Source of the DNA: an uncultured archaeon
GTDB lineage: Archaea > Aenigmatarchaeota > Aenigmatarchaeia > QMZP01 > JAFGSV01
DNA: 64,000 nucleotides
Direction of reading: 5' to 3'
Assembly: GCA_964559215.1 (NCBI GenBank)
Contig: CAZLFZ010000002.1
Span: 18,195 to 82,194 of the forward strand
Within the stretch, counting starts at the first letter, position 1, and the number at the start of each line of letters is the position of its first letter. Made by a program: the position numbers and the translations under genes. Below the pieces are notes generated by a model. The model made no database searches, was not told the DNA's origin, and was given only the letters and a program-made list of their open reading frames with translations. Positions 58,886-64,000 of the stretch are shown here, piece after piece.

Positions 58886-60049
58886 TTAGTTTCTCAGGTA
58901 TCTTCCTATACCAGCTTTACTTAGCATTTCATTCGCGTAACTTCTGGCTGTGGACATCATGTCTCCTATCAAAAGTTCTGCTGGTAATGTATCTCTTTTC
59001 TCAAGGTATCCTCTCAATTCTTCCATTGGGAACTCACTTGCTACCCTTTCTAATGCTTTCCAATTGACCATACTTTGGATTACCCTGTTATATGCCTGTT
59101 CCTCACTGTCATGAGGCCTTGCCTGCATGTCATGACCGATAAATCTTTGATATCCGCTGTCTAGAAGTGCCCTTGCAACTCCAATATTCGGTCCTGTTAA
59201 AGCCACTCCATGGTCGATATCGAACTTCCCTGGACCGCCTCCTCTTATGCCGTCGTATCCCTGGTCGTTTGCATGTATGTGTGTTATTTTTCCACTTGCC
59301 AGTTGCTCTGCCAAATCATTCAGATGATCCAGCCCGAGCATCTGTGAGTGTCCAAACTCCATGTTGACGCCGCATCTTGAAACGTCGATACCCTTCTTCT
59401 TTCCAACTCTTGCCCACAACGCCAATGCGCTGGCAACTGTCGGCACGAGCATATTTGGATGGCCTTCGTTCCCCTTTGGCTCGATATCAAGTTCACACTC
59501 TCCTCCCTTATCACGCTCGTATTCTACAGTCAATGCCATTGAATCGTCAAGATTGTCCACCATTTCCGGAAGAAGCGGATGTGGTATATCATAACCCCAT
59601 GCACCATTCCATAGTACTATGGTCGGCGATTCCTGGGGGTCCCATCTCTTCTTGACAGCATCGCTGTAGACTAAATCGATGGTTTCTCTGGTAACACGAC
59701 GTGCTGCTTCTAGCTCATCTTTGTCCAATGACGCGGGTCCACCATAGGCGCCGCATTCTTTAATTTTATGTAACCCCGGTGTTATCATTCCGTAATACAT
59801 GTTTTGTCTAATGAGTGCTGCTGTAACTGCTGCTGCATTTTCATTGCTTAATTCAAATGGATAGTGTGCCTCGAGTCCGATTATTTCGTCGTTCCCGATG
59901 GCTGCCCTAATTCGTGACAACGCCTTTTCTCCGAACATGTCTACTATTTCGGCCGTTGGTATGCCGTCCCACTCTCCTCTCATTGCTGGTCTGAATCCTG
60001 CTTCACCAGTGTGGCTCAATGTCCAAGTGCATACATTCTGTCTGCTCAT
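58886..60049 (-). CDS. Divergent xylose-isomerase-like TIM barrel
   Basis: IEPKGNE, NMEFGH, KFDID; GGAGG RBS before ATG 60049. Confidence 0.85.
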   Translation of the reverse strand: MSRQNVCTWTLSHTGEAGFRPAMRGEWDGIPTAEIVDMFGEKALSRIRAAIGNDEIIGLEAHYPFELSNENAAAVTAALIRQNMYYGMITPGLHKIKECGAYGGPASLDKDELEAARRVTRETIDLVYSDAVKKRWDPQESPTIVLWNGAWGYDIPHPLLPEMVDNLDDSMALTVEYERDKGGECELDIEPKGNEGHPNMLVPTVASALALWARVGKKKGIDVSRCGVNMEFGHSQMLGLDHLNDLAEQLASGKITHIHANDQGYDGIRGGGPGKFDIDHGVALTGPNIGVARALLDSGYQRFIGHDMQARPHDSEEQAYNRVIQSMVNWKALERVASEFPMEELRGYLEKRDTLPAELLIGDMMSTARSYANEMLSKAGIGRYLRN

Positions 60050-60337
60050 TTTATTCCTCCTTTCTTTAGTCTCTGAAAAGACCATGAAATTGAAATCAAA
60101 CAATTGTAAAACAAGCTTTGAATGCCTAATTCTATCCTAGAAAGCGTTCCCCGAGCGTAGGCCAAAGTTTTCATACCAAACCCGACAATCCCAAGGCAAA
60201 AGGTTCAATACAAAAAATTGATATTAAATTTTAAATATCCGAACAGCGAAACTTTTTTAAACTTTTCGCTTTTACTCATTTCTGGTTTTGGATACATTTT
60301 GGACCTGGGATAAGACTGGAACAGGACTAAGAAGTGA

Positions 60338-61513
60338 TTACTCGTTCAGGCCGAAAACATAGGGAATTCTCTTCATCTTACCAACCGCTTTCGCGGCATT
60401 AAGTACAGCTTCGGCGTCACCCCAGCAAAATGCCATACTTCCCAAAATCTGACTTTTTCCGTCTTGAGATCTTCCATCGATAAATTCCGCCTCGGTGAAG
60501 CAGCTGTCTTTCTCTGGGGTTGGGCCGTTGTAAACGAAACATGCTCCCCTATCACCTTGTAAATAGTGCGGTAAATCATCGGAAGCCGGGTCTTTTGGCA
60601 CTTCCAGAATTTCATCGGTTTCGGACGGCAAGGCACGTGATCGCATGGCCACCAGCTGATAACGGTCGGTGGAACCGGGAACTTTTGAAATATGCATCAT
60701 CGTATTATGGGTCAATATTTTCCTATTCCCCGTTTTTCTTGCACTGTCGGGGGTAATGGCCAGCTTGTATCTGGTATCTTGCATGCTCTTGGTCTTGACA
60801 GAGACATGGTCGCTACCGGTTTTAACGAATTCTGGCAATCCGTCTCCGAAATCATTCATATAAACAGCCAGCTGTGCTTCCTCCTTGGCAGGGAAAATGA
60901 AAGTGCCTGGATTGCTTTCATCTCCTGAATATAACTGCAGCAGTTTCCACGCATGGAAATATGGCGCATTGGGGCTGCTGACCTTGTCGATGTAGTCAAA
61001 ACTTGCAGAGGTGACCCCGGGATGAGGAGCTTTTACATTTTTCGTGAAATCGAAAACCCTGAATAATGTGAAATCGTGTTTTTTCCCAGTCTTGAACTCC
61101 CTTATTTTCCCTCCGCTTTCGAGGGCCACGCCATGCTTTAAAGACGGGAGGCTTTTCATCGTGTATTTACCGGGGTCCATCTTCTTCTGACATACCCATG
61201 TGTCGTAGTCCCCTGGCGTCTGGTTGAAGTATGTAATTCCTTCGCATCCTTCCGAGCCGAATTCGGGTCCCACCCATAGCCGGTCTCCACCGAGATTCCA
61301 GACATTGGGGTCTGTTATCACTTCGCCCAGATTGGGGAGCGTCCACACGGTGTTCAGGGAATCGGGATTTTTGTCTGGATAGATTGCTATAAATCTGCCC
61401 CCATGCCTTATGACATATGCTACAGGGCCACCCAGGTCAAACTTGCGATATTTAACCTTTTTGATGGCGTCCACCAATTCCCCTTGTGGAAGTATTCCCG
61501 TATGCATGTTCAT
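60338..61513 (-). CDS. Hypothetical protein (NLGGDRLWVGPE motif; DUF6786/mutarotase-like guess)
   Basis: Long ORF; family assignment is tentative. Confidence 0.7.
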   Translation of the reverse strand: MNMHTGILPQGELVDAIKKVKYRKFDLGGPVAYVIRHGGRFIAIYPDKNPDSLNTVWTLPNLGEVITDPNVWNLGGDRLWVGPEFGSEGCEGITYFNQTPGDYDTWVCQKKMDPGKYTMKSLPSLKHGVALESGGKIREFKTGKKHDFTLFRVFDFTKNVKAPHPGVTSASFDYIDKVSSPNAPYFHAWKLLQLYSGDESNPGTFIFPAKEEAQLAVYMNDFGDGLPEFVKTGSDHVSVKTKSMQDTRYKLAITPDSARKTGNRKILTHNTMMHISKVPGSTDRYQLVAMRSRALPSETDEILEVPKDPASDDLPHYLQGDRGACFVYNGPTPEKDSCFTEAEFIDGRSQDGKSQILGSMAFCWGDAEAVLNAAKAVGKMKRIPYVFGLNE

Positions 61514-61576
61514 AAAAACCCCGTTAAATCAATAATATTATGATTTTGGCCGAAAGAAATAAAAAGGGGAGGATAA

Positions 61577-61852
61577 GAAATTAGGGCAGGCAAAGCCAAC
61601 ATGTTCTTGTGCAAGGCATTTGGTGATATTTTTTCCAGTGCCCTGGATGTCGAAGTGGACCTTTATAACACGGATGGCTCCCAAGGTGCTGCAAGGGGAG
61701 CCGGTATCGGTACGGGCAAATACAGGGATCGCGATGAAGCATTCGTTGGCCTTAAGCCAGTAAGAACAGTTTCTACTGACCCCGAACTGCGGGACGCTTA
61801 TACTCAACTGTATCCAGAATGGGTCGAGACTCTCCAGAGAAATCTGGGATAA
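61577..61852 (+). pseudogene. C-terminal fragment of an FGGY/xylulokinase
   Basis: IRAGKANMFL...TDGSQGAARGAGIG; similarity extends upstream of the ATG and is cut by TAA at 61574-61576. Confidence 0.75.
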
Positions 61853-61869
61853 TCAACTTCTTATTTTCA

Positions 61870-62050
61870 TGAGCCCGGGAGGATATTCGTACAACCTTCC
61901 CATCCGACTTTTGCGCCACATCTTTTATGGATGCGTCAGCTCCCGGAAAAGCTGTGTTTCGAACCCCCAATCTCCCGGTCCGAAGCGTCGCCTTCACCGA
62001 ACAATCAAGTCGATGAATCGGGCGCTTTATCCAAGTTGAGCTACGGGCCC
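61870..62050 (-). tRNA. tRNA-Arg(TCG) with two BHB introns (62018-61987 at 30/31; 61957-61884 at 59/60); mature 75 nt
   Basis: GGGCCCG/CGGGCTC acceptor stem; central helices CGCC/GGCG and TTCG/CGAA with 3-nt bulges; spliced arm CCCGG-CTTCGGA-CCGGG. Confidence 0.92.
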
Positions 62051-62105
62051 ATTATATAGTCTAGATTAAGAAATAAAAAGTTAAATAAAAAGAGGGTCTG
62101 CACTA

Positions 62106-62564
62106 TCAAAATAAAATTGGCTCTATTATGTTTTTCAGGTCACTCGATTTCATCTTTACAGATTTCGTGTGCAGGCCTATGTTGAAGTTAACCCACTCAT
62201 TCTTCAAGACGTCCTTGTCCATGTACGTTTTCAGTTTCTTGGGATGACCAAAGGGCGGGACACTTCCAATCTTACAGTGAGTGATTTTTAGCACCTCAGC
62301 GGGAGACGCAAGGCTTACTTTTTTAACACCAGCCAACTTGGCAATCCTTTTCAAATCAAGTCTTTTGTCCCCCGGACACAATCCCATTATGTATTTGTTG
62401 TCGGTAGATTTCAGTACCAGTGCTTTGACACCAGTTCTGAGCTCAACACCTCTCACCTTGGCAGCTTCCTCGCTTGTAAAGACAGACTCATGTTCCAATA
62501 TCTGATGTTCAAAACCAGATTCTTTCAGAATATTCTCGATTCTTTTTGATACCAGAACTGACAT
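62106..62564 (-). CDS. YbaK/ProX-family aminoacyl-tRNA deacylase
   Basis: VKALVLK, LAS..EV, GSVPPFG. Confidence 0.9.
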   Translation of the reverse strand: MSVLVSKRIENILKESGFEHQILEHESVFTSEEAAKVRGVELRTGVKALVLKSTDNKYIMGLCPGDKRLDLKRIAKLAGVKKVSLASPAEVLKITHCKIGSVPPFGHPKKLKTYMDKDVLKNEWVNFNIGLHTKSVKMKSSDLKNIIEPILF

Positions 62565-62570
62565 TGTTTT

Positions 62571-63986
62571 TCACTTCAATTTCTCCTCTAGCAATCGCCT
62601 TGCTTCATTTGGGTCTATCGTGCCCTTGCTCTCTTTCATTATCTGTCCTATCAGGAAGTGCAAGGCCTTTTGCTCGCCTGACCTGTAATCCTTGACAGCT
62701 GCCTGGTTTTTCTCGATGACGTTCTTTATTATTTTCTTTATTTCTGATTTCGCCGAAATAAGCCCGAACCCGTACTTTTTGATGATATCGGCCGGTGGTC
62801 TTTTCTCCTCCACCATGTGCCTTATGACGAGCTCGGCATTCCTGTCCGTTATCTTTGCGAGCTCAAAGAGACGCAAAAGCCCGACAAACCATTCTGGCTT
62901 CACCCCTGTCTGGCTCAGTCTCACCGAGTACCAGTTAAGGGTTTTCTTCAACGGGCCTGCGATCCAGCTCGCCGCGAGACGCGGGTCTGTTTTCTTGGAT
63001 ACCTGTTCAAAAAAGTGCGCGACCTGCGGGTCAGAAACAAGGGACTCCGCCAGCTTGGCGGGTATTCCGAATTCTTTGATGAACCTCTCCAGCTTTTCAT
63101 CAGGCAGCTCGGGCAGCCCGAGCCTGGTTTTTTCAACCTGCTTTCCGCTGATATCTATCCTTGTCAGGTCGGGCTCGAATATGTAGCCGTACTCCGCTTC
63201 TTCCTCCTTGCCCCTCAAAGGCTGGGTGGAACCGATGTCGGGATTCCATGCCCTCGTCGCCCTCTTGACCTTGACACCAGTTTTCAGCAGGTTGCCCTGC
63301 CTCACTATCTCGTATTTCAGAGCCTGCTCTATCTCCTTCGTTCCTGTGATGTTCTTTATCTCTATCCTTGCCCCCCCGGCGAGCGATACATTCGCATCGG
63401 TCTTGAACACGGCCCTGGACATGGGATCGTAAAGGCCGAGATATTCGAGTATGCTTGCCAGGCACTGCAGGAAAAGCCTGGCTTCAAGCGGGCTCCTCAG
63501 GCCGGGCTCCGTGACTATCTCTACCAGCGGTGTGCCTGACCTGTTGTAGTCAACAAGGACGTGCTTTCCACCGAGTCCGCCGACGTGAACCAGTTTTGCG
63601 GGGTCCTCCTCCATGTGAACCCTGGTTATGCCTATCTTCTTTGTCTTGCCATTTGCCATTAACCTGATCCAGCCGTTTCTTGCCAGCGGGACCTCGTACT
63701 GGGTTATCTGGAAGTTCTTCGCAAGGTCTGGGTAGAAGTAAGTTTTCCTGGAAAAATAGGTCTCAGCTGCAATCTTGCAGTTCAGTGCCAGCCCCACTTT
63801 CATCGCCATGCTGACAACCTCCCGGTTGAACCTGGGCTTTGAACCAGGCATGCCCAGACACGCTGGGCACGTCACGGTGTTCGGCATAGGTTCCTCCTCA
63901 AGGTTCACAGGATTCTTGCATCCGCAGAAAATCTTGCTCTGCGTGTTCAGCTGCACATGGGTCTCAAGGCCTATCTTCACTCTCAT
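62571..63986 (-). CDS. gatB: Asp/Glu-tRNA amidotransferase subunit B
   Basis: GLETHVQL, RKTYFYPDL, MEED, DYNRSG.PL.EIV; lacks the GatE AspRS-like insert. Confidence 0.93.
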   Translation of the reverse strand: MRVKIGLETHVQLNTQSKIFCGCKNPVNLEEEPMPNTVTCPACLGMPGSKPRFNREVVSMAMKVGLALNCKIAAETYFSRKTYFYPDLAKNFQITQYEVPLARNGWIRLMANGKTKKIGITRVHMEEDPAKLVHVGGLGGKHVLVDYNRSGTPLVEIVTEPGLRSPLEARLFLQCLASILEYLGLYDPMSRAVFKTDANVSLAGGARIEIKNITGTKEIEQALKYEIVRQGNLLKTGVKVKRATRAWNPDIGSTQPLRGKEEEAEYGYIFEPDLTRIDISGKQVEKTRLGLPELPDEKLERFIKEFGIPAKLAESLVSDPQVAHFFEQVSKKTDPRLAASWIAGPLKKTLNWYSVRLSQTGVKPEWFVGLLRLFELAKITDRNAELVIRHMVEEKRPPADIIKKYGFGLISAKSEIKKIIKNVIEKNQAAVKDYRSGEQKALHFLIGQIMKESKGTIDPNEARRLLEEKLK

Positions 63987-64000
63987 AATGATGATTGCTC

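Noticed and set aside
62571..63986. GatE call, to partner gatD
   Set aside because: 471 aa with YFYPDL motif and no AspRS-like insertion indicates GatB

Overview
Archaeal chromosomal window, most likely from a DPANN lineage (Aenigmarchaeota-like; this is an inference from gene content, divergent housekeeping proteins and multi-intron tRNAs). Most of it is core genes: trkAH, RFC large and small subunits, EF-1beta, a remodelled uS5-uL30-uL15-secY-adk-DUF106-eL34-eL14 cluster, ftsZ, uS15, RecJ-like DHH, eS1, rpoD, gatD, gatB, coaD, prs and hel308. There are also several large surface proteins (one of 2351 aa) and a small sugar-metabolism patch. There are three tRNA genes: Arg-GCG, overlapped by an AT-rich LAGLIDADG ORF; Leu-AAG with three BHB introns; and Arg-TCG with two BHB introns. 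Most notable: (i) homologous, covarying structured introns at position 59/60 in two different tRNAs; (ii) an A34 (AAG) leucine tRNA; (iii) clusters of a TTTTACACA motif in the first 4 kb, including a perfect 26-bp inverted repeat bracketing trkAH; (iv) two related candidate structured elements at about 358-409 and 8867-8970; (v) an ACP-like gene lacking the phosphopantetheine serine, inserted in the ribosomal operon. No CRISPR array, rRNA or transposase was recognised. All calls come from reading the sequence by eye; no searches were run.
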